Assembly: GCA_965247095.1 (NCBI GenBank)
Contig: OZ251997.1
Coordinates: forward strand, 2,656,001-2,720,000
Direction of reading: 5' to 3'
DNA: 64,000 bases
From: Candidatus Multivorans sp.
GTDB taxonomy: Bacteria; Acidobacteriota; Thermoanaerobaculia; Multivoradales; Multivoraceae
Positions 19,194-28,122 of this stretch are shown here, one piece after another. Under the pieces are notes generated by a model, which had not been told where the DNA came from, made no database searches, and was given only the letters and a program-made list of their open reading frames with translations. The translations under genes were made by a program, and so were the position numbers. Position 1 is the stretch's first letter, and every line of letters starts with the position of its first letter.

Positions 19194-21053
19194 ATGACGG
19201 GTCTAAAGCGGCCGCTGCCGCCGACCGCGCCGGAGTCGCTGGTGGCTCGCCGCGTGCTCGTGCTGGCGCCCCACTACGACGACGAGGTGCTGGGCTGCGG
19301 CGGCCTCATCCTGCAACTGGCCGCGGGCGGCGCAAGGATCGTGTGTGCCTTCATGAGCGACGGTTCGGGCGGCGTGGAAGGACCGCCGGAGGGGGTGACG
19401 AGGGACCAGTACTCCAAGCGGCGAAGGGAAGAAGCGGATGCGGCCGCCAAAGTACTCGGTATCGGCAGCGTGGAGCATCTGGGTTCGCGCCACAGTCTGA
19501 GAGACGGCGCCATGGCCTCCTCCCTGGACCAATTGACCGGCCATATCGAGGCGTTGCTTCAGCAACACAAGCCGGACCTGCTGCTGGCGCCCTCGCCTCT
19601 CGAAGTGACATCAGATCATCAGACGGCGTTTCGCGCCCTGCACGAGGCTCTGATCAACCGCCGGCGAGGACGAACCCAAGGGGGAGAACCGCTTTTGAGT
19701 CAGGACGACGACTCATCGCCCGGCGATCTGGCGCTGCGTGTTCTCTGCTACGAGGTGAACCACCCCTTCTATCCCGACCTGCTCGTGGACGTGACGGCCG
19801 AGATGGAGGGAATCGCCGGCGCGATGTCCCACTATCGGAGCCAGTTGGACCGCCACGACTACATGGGTTCCTGTCGAGGCCTGCGCCGTTACCGGTCGCT
19901 CAGCCTGCCGGATCCATGCCGCTACGCCGAGGCCTACTGCCAGTTGAAGGCCAGCGACTTCACCACCCGGAGCCCGGCGCAACTGATCGCGTACCTGGGC
20001 GGCGCGCCTTCGCTGGTCGAGGTTGCTTCGCCCCGCCGGGTGTCGATCGTGGTCCGGACGTACAACCGGCCGCGGCGGCTGGCGGAGGCACTGGACAGCC
20101 TGGCGCAGAGCACCTACCGCAACGTCGAGCTGGTTCTGGTGAACGACGGCGGGCGGCGCCCCGAGGTGGCGGACGACTTTCCGTTCGAGGTGCGCCGCGT
20201 CGACCTGGACAGCAACCGCGGCCGGGCCGCCGCTGCCCAGGCCGGGGTGGAGGCGGCTTCAGGCGACTGCATCGGCTTTCTCGACGACGACGACCTGCTG
20301 GCGCCCGAGCACCTCGAAACACTCACCGCGCAGCTTTCCGGCGATGTCGAGGTGGCCTATACCGACGCGGCCGTGGTCAGCTACCAGCCGGGAAAGGGCG
20401 GTTGGGTGGAATGTGGACGGCGGCTTCCCTACAGCCGGGACTTCGACCGGGGAATCCTGCTACTCGACAACTACATCCCGTTCCACACCGTGCTGGCGAC
20501 GCGGGAGGCGATCAAGCGGGCGGGACCGTTCGACGAGCGGTTGCCGGTCTTCGAGGACTGGGACCTGTTGATCCGGTTGTCGCGTTCAACGGACTTCGTC
20601 CATATCGCGCGGACCACCTGCGAGTACCGTCATTTCCTGGGCGGTACGGCGGACGGCGCTCCGGGCGGGCATGCGCTCGGTGGGGCGGCCTCCGACCGCG
20701 GCGATTTTGAAACCCTGAAGGCGCGGGTCCTGAGCAAGCACGCGGCTGAACTCGACTCGGGCTCGCTGGCGCGGGCGGTGACCCGGATGCGGCGTCAGGC
20801 GGTGCTGGCGGGCGATGCGGCGCGGGCGGAGATTCGCGACCGCGAGGCGGAGCTGGAGCGGATGCAGGCGAAGATCGAGAGCATGCGGGCCTGGGAACGG
20901 GAGTTGGAGTCGTCGCACCGGGAACGCGGCGCCGAGATCCACAGGCTTCACGGTCGTGAGCGGGATCTGCTGGCCGAGATCGAAGCGATGAAGGCGACCC
21001 GGGTCTGGCGATTGCACGAACGTATGCAGTCTCTGCGTGGTGCGGGTGACTGA
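19194..21053 (+). CDS. PIG-L deacetylase / GT2 glycosyltransferase / coiled-coil fusion
   Basis: APHYDDEVLGCGG (PIG-L), RTYNR...NDG...FLDDDD...EDWD (GT2), C-terminal heptad-rich region. Confidence 0.85.
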   Translation: MTGLKRPLPPTAPESLVARRVLVLAPHYDDEVLGCGGLILQLAAGGARIVCAFMSDGSGGVEGPPEGVTRDQYSKRRREEADAAAKVLGIGSVEHLGSRHSLRDGAMASSLDQLTGHIEALLQQHKPDLLLAPSPLEVTSDHQTAFRALHEALINRRRGRTQGGEPLLSQDDDSSPGDLALRVLCYEVNHPFYPDLLVDVTAEMEGIAGAMSHYRSQLDRHDYMGSCRGLRRYRSLSLPDPCRYAEAYCQLKASDFTTRSPAQLIAYLGGAPSLVEVASPRRVSIVVRTYNRPRRLAEALDSLAQSTYRNVELVLVNDGGRRPEVADDFPFEVRRVDLDSNRGRAAAAQAGVEAASGDCIGFLDDDDLLAPEHLETLTAQLSGDVEVAYTDAAVVSYQPGKGGWVECGRRLPYSRDFDRGILLLDNYIPFHTVLATREAIKRAGPFDERLPVFEDWDLLIRLSRSTDFVHIARTTCEYRHFLGGTADGAPGGHALGGAASDRGDFETLKARVLSKHAAELDSGSLARAVTRMRRQAVLAGDAARAEIRDREAELERMQAKIESMRAWERELESSHRERGAEIHRLHGRERDLLAEIEAMKATRVWRLHERMQSLRGAGD

Positions 21054-21098
21054 CGGCCGGCTCGTTCGGGAACGAATGAGGGCGACTGGAGGTAGCCG

Positions 21099-22373
21099 TT
21101 GAAGCGTGTCGCCCTGGTGTGCAGCGAGGCGCTGGGAGACCGTGCGGCCGGCATTGGAATCCGCTACCTGGAAATGGCCCGCCGTCTTCCCGACTTCGGA
21201 TTCCAGGTCGTCCTCGTGTCTCCCTGGCGCTCCGGGCAGTCGCCCGACGCCGGGAGCGGGCCGGCTGAAGCGCGCCGGTTCGATTCCGCACCGCTGCCCG
21301 AGTTGCTAGGGGACTGCGACGTCGCTGTGGCCCAGGGACAGTTGGCCAACGACGTGCTCCATGAGCTACCCGAGTTGCCGACCGCTATCGATCTCTACGA
21401 TCCCTTCCTGGTCGAGAACCTGACCCACTTCGACACCTTGGGACTCGATCCCTACCGGAACGACCACCAGACCTGGGTTCATCAACTGGCTCGCGGCGAT
21501 TTCTTCCTCTGTTCCTCGTCGGAGCAGCGCACTTACTACCTGGGCTTCCTGACCGCCCTGGGGCGGGTGAATCCACACCGCTACCGCGATGATCCGAGTC
21601 TCTCCGGCCTCATCGTCGAGGCGCCCTTTGGAGTGCCGGATCCGTTGCCCGACTACCGGCCGGTGTTGCCGCCGCGGGTCCCGGACGAACGGCGGCTGTT
21701 GTTCGGTGGGCTGTACGACTGGTACGACCCGGCGCCTCTGCTGGAGGCCTTCGCCTCGCTGTCCGAGGCGAACGCGCGCCTTCTGTTCGTTCGGCAGCCC
21801 CCGGGGGCGCAGGCGCCTCAGCGGCTGTTGGCAAAGGTGGAGGCGCTGAGTCGGCGTCAGGATCCGGACCGCATCGGTTTCCTCGAATGGGTTCCTTTCG
21901 AGCGACGCTACGACCTGCTGCGGGACGTGGACGCGCTTGCGGCCTGCCATCGACCGGGACTGGAAACCGACCTGTCGCTGCGCACCCGGTTCGTGGATGC
22001 CCTCGCGGTCGGCTGTCCGGTGCTGACCACCGAGGGCGGCACCGTGTCCCGCCTGCTGCAGGAATGGGACGCCGGCCTTGTCGCCCCGTGCGGCGATGTC
22101 GACGCGCTGAGGGCCGGCCTTGCCGAGTTGGTCGCCGGTGGACCGGAAGTCGAGGCGCGGGCTCGTCGCGGCCGGGAGAGGGCCCTGGCGACGTTCTCCT
22201 GGGAGCGCAGCCTGGCGCCGCTTGCGGCCTTCCTGGAGTCTCCGCGGGTCGATCCCACCAAGGAAGAGTTCGCTTTCGTGCCGTCAACCGGGGCCCCGGC
22301 CGACGAACTGGGGTTCCGGCTGCGGCGCTGGCTTCGGACGCGTCTGGTGGGAGCGCAGGCGGCCGGCAGATGA
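21099..22373 (+). CDS. GT-B (GT4-like) glycosyltransferase
   Basis: GGLYDWYDP, ETDLSLRTRFVDALAVGCPV, FSWE motifs. Confidence 0.8.
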   Translation: MKRVALVCSEALGDRAAGIGIRYLEMARRLPDFGFQVVLVSPWRSGQSPDAGSGPAEARRFDSAPLPELLGDCDVAVAQGQLANDVLHELPELPTAIDLYDPFLVENLTHFDTLGLDPYRNDHQTWVHQLARGDFFLCSSSEQRTYYLGFLTALGRVNPHRYRDDPSLSGLIVEAPFGVPDPLPDYRPVLPPRVPDERRLLFGGLYDWYDPAPLLEAFASLSEANARLLFVRQPPGAQAPQRLLAKVEALSRRQDPDRIGFLEWVPFERRYDLLRDVDALAACHRPGLETDLSLRTRFVDALAVGCPVLTTEGGTVSRLLQEWDAGLVAPCGDVDALRAGLAELVAGGPEVEARARRGRERALATFSWERSLAPLAAFLESPRVDPTKEEFAFVPSTGAPADELGFRLRRWLRTRLVGAQAAGR

Positions 22374-23728
22374 TGAGCGGACCCACCGCCGGTCGGAAGC
22401 GGATCGACAGTGTCGACGTGCTGGTGGTGAGCTGGAACGGCCGCCACCACCTGGAGACCCTGCTGCCGGCGCTCGAGGCCCAGCAGGTTCCCGGCGCCGT
22501 GGTGACGGTCAGGCTGTTCGACAACGGTTCGACCGACGGCACGGTGGCCTGGGTTCGGTCCGAGCACCCGCGCGTGGAGGTGCTGGCGAACCCGACCAAC
22601 ATCGGCTTCAGTGTCGCGAACAATCGACTGGCAGAGCAGAGCAGCGCCAGCGCCCTGGCGCTGGTCAACAACGACACCCGGCCGCGGCCGGACTGGCTGG
22701 CCCAACTGGTTGCGGGGTTGGGCGGAGCGCCGGCCGACGTCGCGGCGGTTTCCGGCTGCATTGTCGACTGGAAGGGCAACCGGCTGGACTTCGGCCGGGG
22801 CGTGATGACTTTCGACGGCCACGCGTTCCAGCTCGACTACCACCGACCCCTGGCAAGGGTCGAGATGCCGGAAGAGGGCAGTGAGTTGCTGTTCCCATGC
22901 GGCGGGAACATGATCGTCCGTCGTGACGTCTACCTCGCGGCGGGCGGCTTCGACGAGACGTACTTTGCCTACCTGGAAGATGTTGATCTCGGCTGGCGGT
23001 TGTGGTCGGCTGGAGAGCGTGTGCTGTCCGCGCCGCGGGCAGTCGTCCACCATCGCTCGATGGCCACCAGCAAGCTGCTGGGGAACGCGAACCGTGGACT
23101 GCTGTTCGAGCGCAACGCCTATCTGACCGCGTTCAAGAACTACGATGCGGAGCTGTGGCCGCAACTGATGCCAGTCGTGCAGATGACGCTGATCGCCCGC
23201 GTCCAGTACCTGCTCGCCAACCGCAACCCGCACGGTCAGGAGTTGGCCGTCGACCCGTACGGCGCCCCGGCGGAGGGGTGCGGCGGTGCTCCCGCCGGGA
23301 GCGTTGGTGGGGCCGGCGCCGCTTCTGGCGCGAGGCAGTGGCCGCTCGTCGGCGCCGGGCCGCGCGACGCCTGGGAGCGGCTACGGTCCGTCGTCGCACT
23401 CCGCACCAGGCTCAGGCGGTTCGCGCGACCGCACGCCGGACTGCCCGATGGCGTACCCGCCATTGTCGACGAGCAGACTCTGGCTCACGTGCGGGCGGTG
23501 TCTTCGATCGTCCGCGGACTCGACGGCGCGGCTGAACGCCGGCGCCGGATCCAGGCCAGGCGCCGGCGGCCGGACGGTGAGATCTTCGAGCGTTTCCCGC
23601 TCTACCTGGTGCCGACCTATCCGGGCGACGAAGAACTGTTCGAGAGCGTCGGCTTCGAGTCCATGTGGCCGGAAGGGCTGATGCTGGTCCGTCGCACCCT
23701 GGAGGAGATCATGGAGGTGGAGCGGTGA
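22370..23728 (+). CDS. GT2 glycosyltransferase
   Basis: VVSWNG, FDNGSTDG, NIGF, LVNND, GGFDETYFAYLEDVDLGWR. Confidence 0.88.
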   Translation: MMSGPTAGRKRIDSVDVLVVSWNGRHHLETLLPALEAQQVPGAVVTVRLFDNGSTDGTVAWVRSEHPRVEVLANPTNIGFSVANNRLAEQSSASALALVNNDTRPRPDWLAQLVAGLGGAPADVAAVSGCIVDWKGNRLDFGRGVMTFDGHAFQLDYHRPLARVEMPEEGSELLFPCGGNMIVRRDVYLAAGGFDETYFAYLEDVDLGWRLWSAGERVLSAPRAVVHHRSMATSKLLGNANRGLLFERNAYLTAFKNYDAELWPQLMPVVQMTLIARVQYLLANRNPHGQELAVDPYGAPAEGCGGAPAGSVGGAGAASGARQWPLVGAGPRDAWERLRSVVALRTRLRRFARPHAGLPDGVPAIVDEQTLAHVRAVSSIVRGLDGAAERRRRIQARRRRPDGEIFERFPLYLVPTYPGDEELFESVGFESMWPEGLMLVRRTLEEIMEVER

Positions 23729-24705
23729 CCGGGCCGCCGGCCTGGACCGTCGTCATTCCCACGTTCAACCGCCTTGCGGCGCTCGAGGAGGTTCTCGAGG
23801 CGTTGGACGGTCAGGAAGGACCGCCGTTCGAAGTCCTCGTGGTGAACGACGGCAGCACCGACGGCACGGCCGCCTGGCTGGATGAACGGGTCGCCGACCG
23901 CCACGGCGCCGCGCCCGGACTGCGGGTCATCCACCAGCAGAACCAGGGGCCGGCGGTAGCGCGGAATCGAGGGGTGACGGCGGCGCGGGGACGCTGGGTG
24001 GCCTTTCTTGGTGACGACACTGTCCCCTCGCCGGGATGGTTGGCCGCGCACGACCGGGTCCAGAACGGGGATCTCGCGTGTTCTGTTCGGGCCTCTGGCG
24101 GCTGCGTCGGAGTCATCGGTCGTACGGACTGGCACCCGCGCATGCGCCGAACACCCTTCCTCGACTACATCAACGAGCAGGGACTTCAGTTCGGATTCGC
24201 CCTGATCGAGGACGAGGACAACGTGCCGTTCAACTTCTTCTACACCTCGAACCTGTCGGTCGACCGGGAGGCCATGGCCGCTGAGCCGTTCGACCCGGCG
24301 TTCCCTTTCGCGGCCTGGGAGGATGTCGAGGCGGGCTACCGGCTGGCGGCACATGGCCTGCGGCTGCTCTACCGGCCCGCGGCCCGCGTCGCGCACGACC
24401 ACCCGACCGATCTGACGCGGTTCGCGAAGCGGCAGTACCGATCGGGATACTCGGCGGTCGTGTTCTTCCGGCGCCACGAACAGCTCGGGCCCTTTCTGGG
24501 GATGCAGAACGGCAAGCCCCCTTCGGCGGGAGGCGCCGGGGAGCGAGTTCTGCTGTGGGCCCAGGAGCGGTTGGCGCGGGCGTTGCAAGGAATGCCGGTC
24601 AGACTGCCACGGCTTTGGGAGAAGACGATGCGACATCACTATCTGGAAGGACTGAGGAACGGCTGGTCCGATGGCGTTGGTCTGGACCGGGGAGAGGCAT
24701 CATGA
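23725..24705 (+). CDS. GT2 glycosyltransferase
   Basis: VVIPTFNR, VNDGSTDG, ARNRG, FLGDD, WEDVE. GTG start overlaps the upstream stop. Confidence 0.88.
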   Translation: MTGPPAWTVVIPTFNRLAALEEVLEALDGQEGPPFEVLVVNDGSTDGTAAWLDERVADRHGAAPGLRVIHQQNQGPAVARNRGVTAARGRWVAFLGDDTVPSPGWLAAHDRVQNGDLACSVRASGGCVGVIGRTDWHPRMRRTPFLDYINEQGLQFGFALIEDEDNVPFNFFYTSNLSVDREAMAAEPFDPAFPFAAWEDVEAGYRLAAHGLRLLYRPAARVAHDHPTDLTRFAKRQYRSGYSAVVFFRRHEQLGPFLGMQNGKPPSAGGAGERVLLWAQERLARALQGMPVRLPRLWEKTMRHHYLEGLRNGWSDGVGLDRGEAS

Positions 24706-25658
24706 GGGGACGCCGGCCCTGCACGTTGATTTGCCGGTGGTCGTCGCCGGTGGTCGCCGCGCTGCTTGGACTGGGGCTTGTCGCCAGCGCGGAGGCGACC
24801 CCAGGCGCGCATGGGGCCGTGGCCGGGGTCGCCCCTGCGGTGGCGGTCTCGGCGCCGGTCGCTGCCGCCGCCAGCGACCGGGGCGAACGCCGGGAAGGCA
24901 CGCGCGCCGGACGCCGAAGCCGTTCGCGGGCGGTCTATCGCCCCTACTACGGTTCGTTCGGCCGGTACGGCGGCTTCGGTGCATTCTGGCCCTACTACTT
25001 CTCGCCCTACGCCTTCGGCCAGTACGGTCCCTACGCCTGGGGACGGGGTCCGGCCGGTTTTGCTGTGCCGAACGCGGGCGCGCTGGATATCAACACGAAA
25101 CCCAAGAAGGCGTCGGTCTACCTCGATGGCGAACTGATCGGGCGCGTCGGTTCGTTCGACGGCTTCCCTGGCTATCTCTGGTTGCGTGAGGGCAGCTACC
25201 GGCTGGCGATCTTCATGGAGGGCCATGAGACCCTGGAACGGAGCATCAGCGTTCATCCCGGCCTGGTGATCAAGATCGACGAGGATCTGGCGCCGGGTGA
25301 CGCGGTTCAGCCACAGCCGGCCGCGCCCGCCCTTGTCGCCCCCCGTGCCGCCGAACGGACCGCGCCTCCCGGCGAGCCCTGGAGGGTCGAGAAGCGTGGC
25401 CAGCCGATCGAGCAGGATCAGCGGAGCGAGCCGGCGCGCCTGATGGTCGAGGTGCAGCCCGCCGATGCGGTCGTCTACCTGGACGGGAGGCTGCTGGGTA
25501 GCGGCGCCCAACTCGCGAATCTCCATTCGCCTCTGATCATCGACCCGGGCGCCCACCGCCTGGAGGTGACCCGCCCCGGCTACGCGTCCGAGGTGCGCGC
25601 GTTCGAGGCCGCCAGGAGCGAAGACGTTTCGCTGCACATCGAACTTCGGCAGGAGTGA
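24702..25658 (+). CDS. Secreted PEGA-domain protein (two PEGA repeats)
   Basis: Signal-like hydrophobic stretch, Tyr/Gly-rich linker, two PxxAxVYLDG...G repeats. Confidence 0.8.
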   Translation: MRGRRPCTLICRWSSPVVAALLGLGLVASAEATPGAHGAVAGVAPAVAVSAPVAAAASDRGERREGTRAGRRSRSRAVYRPYYGSFGRYGGFGAFWPYYFSPYAFGQYGPYAWGRGPAGFAVPNAGALDINTKPKKASVYLDGELIGRVGSFDGFPGYLWLREGSYRLAIFMEGHETLERSISVHPGLVIKIDEDLAPGDAVQPQPAAPALVAPRAAERTAPPGEPWRVEKRGQPIEQDQRSEPARLMVEVQPADAVVYLDGRLLGSGAQLANLHSPLIIDPGAHRLEVTRPGYASEVRAFEAARSEDVSLHIELRQE

Positions 25659-25698
25659 CGCGAAACGGCGGCCTGTCAGGCCCCGTGCGGCATCCGCT

Positions 25699-25727
25699 TG
25701 GACACAAAGAAGCCGCCATGCTACCAT
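25699..25727 (+). promoter_or_regulatory. Putative sigma70 promoter of ogt
   Basis: TGGACA-17 nt-TACCAT with TGn extension. Confidence 0.6.
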
Positions 25728-25747
25728 GATTGGCTGTGGTCCAAGAG

Positions 25748-26305
25748 ATGGTGAGCCTTGTGCAGGCGCCGGTCGGTGCGCCGGTCTGGCCTGCGGCGCG
25801 CACGGTTGAGCCACTCCGAGTCCTGATCCCTTCACCGCTCGGCGCCCTGGGGCTTGAGTTCATGGGTCGGCTGGTGACGCGTCTGGTCATCGATCCGGCG
25901 CGCTCAGAGAAGGCCCTGTTCCCCGCGCTCGGCGCGATGAAGACGACCGACTTCATCGACGAGGCGCTGGGCCGGCTGTCCGAGTACTTTGCCGGCGCGC
26001 GGCGAAACCTCGATTTGCCCTATGACCTTGACCGGATCGGCTTGGACTCCCTCTCGCGCCGGATCTTCCAGGAGACGGTGCGGATTCCCTACGGTTTGAC
26101 CCGCACCTACCGCAACGTGGCGACTTCATCCGGCCGGACCGGGGCGTACCGGCTGATCCGGTCGAAGCTGATGGCCAACCCGTTGCCGATCCTCGTGCCG
26201 TGCCACCGTGTCGTGCCGCGCCGGAGCGGCCCGGGTACCTACATCGGCGGTGCGGAACGCAAGGCCCAGTTACTCGCCCTGGAGCGGAGCAACACTGCCA
26301 GCTAG
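25748..26305 (+). CDS. ogt: Methylated-DNA--protein-cysteine methyltransferase
   Basis: IPYG..TY and NPLPILVPCHRV active site. Start moved to ATG 25748, downstream of the predicted promoter. Confidence 0.88.
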   Translation: MVSLVQAPVGAPVWPAARTVEPLRVLIPSPLGALGLEFMGRLVTRLVIDPARSEKALFPALGAMKTTDFIDEALGRLSEYFAGARRNLDLPYDLDRIGLDSLSRRIFQETVRIPYGLTRTYRNVATSSGRTGAYRLIRSKLMANPLPILVPCHRVVPRRSGPGTYIGGAERKAQLLALERSNTAS

Positions 26306-27247
26306 CACCAGGGCTCTCCTGGCATCTTCCCAGATCCCCACGAGAGCCTGATCGAAACCGCGCCGCGGTTTCCAGCCCAGGGCACGGAGACGGCGCCCGT
26401 CACCGCAGAGGACCGGAACGTCCGCGGGCCTCAGGCGGTCGGGATCCTCGCGGATTTCGGTCTCGACGCCACTGATCTCGATCAGTCGCCGGAGCGCCGC
26501 GGCCAGTTCGATCGCTTCGCCGCTAGCGATGTTGTACGCGCAGCCCGGTTCGCCGCGCTCAACGAGCATGGCGTAAGCGTCCGCCCCGTCGTCGATGTGG
26601 ATGAAATCGCGGCGTGAAGTCAGGTTGCCGACGCGAAGCACGGGTTCCTTCCGGCCGGCCTCGATCTCCGCAAGTTGCGCGGCGAAGGAGGGCAATGCGA
26701 ACTGCACGCTCTGGCCGGGGCCGATCAGGTTGAAGGAGCGCACCGCGATGGCGCCGTGGCCGAGAGTCAGCCGCTCGACGGCAGCCTTGGTCACCGCATA
26801 CGGGGACCGGGGGCGGAGGGGCCGCTCCTCTCCGACAGGAAGTTCGCTCTCGGGGACCCGCCCGTAGACCTCGGCGCTCGAGGCGACGACCAGGCGGCAC
26901 GAGCCGGAGAGTGCCCGCGCCGCGGCGGCCACGAACTCGGAACCCTCGACGTTGACCCGGTAGTAGTCGTCGATCCGCCGCCAGGAGGCGCCGACGTCCG
27001 AAAGCCCGGCGAGGTGCACCACCGCGTCCGGCGCGTGTTCCCCAAGGACCCGTTCCACCGCGCCGCGGTCGCAGATGTCGAGTTCCACCCAGTCGCACCT
27101 GTGATGCGGCGGGTTAGCGGCCGGGGAGTCGGCCGGGGCGGTGTCCGGGGCATGGCAGGCGATGACGGTGGCGCCGCGTTCGAGCAACCGGGGCACGAGG
27201 CGCCCGCCGACGAAGCCCTCCGCGCCGGTGACGAGAACGCGGGTCAT
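26270..27247 (-). CDS. NAD-dependent sugar epimerase/dehydratase (GDP-6-deoxy-hexulose reductase Rmd-like)
   Basis: TGAEGFVG, SSAEVYG, SPYAVTK (YxxxK), GNL..RDF, RPAD. Confidence 0.85.
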   Translation of the reverse strand: MTRVLVTGAEGFVGGRLVPRLLERGATVIACHAPDTAPADSPAANPPHHRCDWVELDICDRGAVERVLGEHAPDAVVHLAGLSDVGASWRRIDDYYRVNVEGSEFVAAAARALSGSCRLVVASSAEVYGRVPESELPVGEERPLRPRSPYAVTKAAVERLTLGHGAIAVRSFNLIGPGQSVQFALPSFAAQLAEIEAGRKEPVLRVGNLTSRRDFIHIDDGADAYAMLVERGEPGCAYNIASGEAIELAAALRRLIEISGVETEIREDPDRLRPADVPVLCGDGRRLRALGWKPRRGFDQALVGIWEDARRALVLAGSVAPLQGE

Positions 27248-28122
27248 GACTCGGCCTTGCCTTGCCGCAGGCGTTGGAAGTAGTCGTCGAGACCGGGCCG
27301 CCAGCCCTCGACTTCACGGTTCGTCAGGGCCTCGAAACCTGCCGTATCAAGCACGGAGTAGGCGGGCCGCGCGGCCGGCCGGGTCAGCTCGGAGGACTCG
27401 ATCGGCGCAATAGGCACGTTCAGTCCCAGGGCATCGGCGATGGCGAGGGCGAAACCGTGCCAGGACGTCTCCGGCGTATTGCAGTAGTGGACGATACCGG
27501 AGGCGCCGGCGGAGGCGAGATCGACCAGCGCCCGCGCCAGGTAGGGGGCGTAGGTGGGGCAACCGACCTGATCGGACACCACCCGCAGGGGCTCGCCCTG
27601 GCCGATGCGCGAAGCGATCGCCGAAACGAAGTTCCGACCCTCGGGGCCGAACACCCAGCTCGTGCGGACGACGAGACCGCCGGCGTCGAGAACGCCCCGC
27701 TCGCCGGGGAGCTTCGAACGGCCGTAGGCGGTCTGCGGCGCGGTGGCGTCACCTTCGCGGTAGGGCCGCCGGCCGCGGCCGTCGAACACGTAGTCGGTGG
27801 AAACGTGGATCAGGCGGCAGCCGGACGGCAGGGCCGCCGCCAGCCGCTGAGGCGCTCTGCCGTTGACCTCCATGGCCAGATCCAGGTTGCTCTCGCAGCC
27901 GTCGACATCGGTGTACGCCGCGCAGTTGTAGACGGCGCGGGCGCCGAACCGCGCGGCGAGCGCGGCGGTCCCGTCGGTATCGCAGAGGTCCGCGCGGCCA
28001 CGGTCGGCGGCGAGCACTTCCGCGCCATGCCGCCGGAGTTCGTCGGCCACCTCGCGTCCAAGCTGGCCCGCTGCCCCCAGCACGACCGCCCTGGGTGCGT
28101 CGCCACCGGTGCCTTCGATCAC
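27244..28122 (-). CDS. rfbD: dTDP-4-dehydrorhamnose reductase
   Basis: GAAGQLG, NCAAYTDVDGCE, STDYVFDG, YGRSK, DQVGCPT, RPAYS. Confidence 0.93.
   Translation of the reverse strand: MIEGTGGDAPRAVVLGAAGQLGREVADELRRHGAEVLAADRGRADLCDTDGTAALAARFGARAVYNCAAYTDVDGCESNLDLAMEVNGRAPQRLAAALPSGCRLIHVSTDYVFDGRGRRPYREGDATAPQTAYGRSKLPGERGVLDAGGLVVRTSWVFGPEGRNFVSAIASRIGQGEPLRVVSDQVGCPTYAPYLARALVDLASAGASGIVHYCNTPETSWHGFALAIADALGLNVPIAPIESSELTRPAARPAYSVLDTAGFEALTNREVEGWRPGLDDYFQRLRQGKAES

Noticed and set aside
26270-26305. 36-bp convergent overlap of ogt and the epimerase gene
   Set aside because: Short 3' overlaps are common in compact GC-rich genomes.
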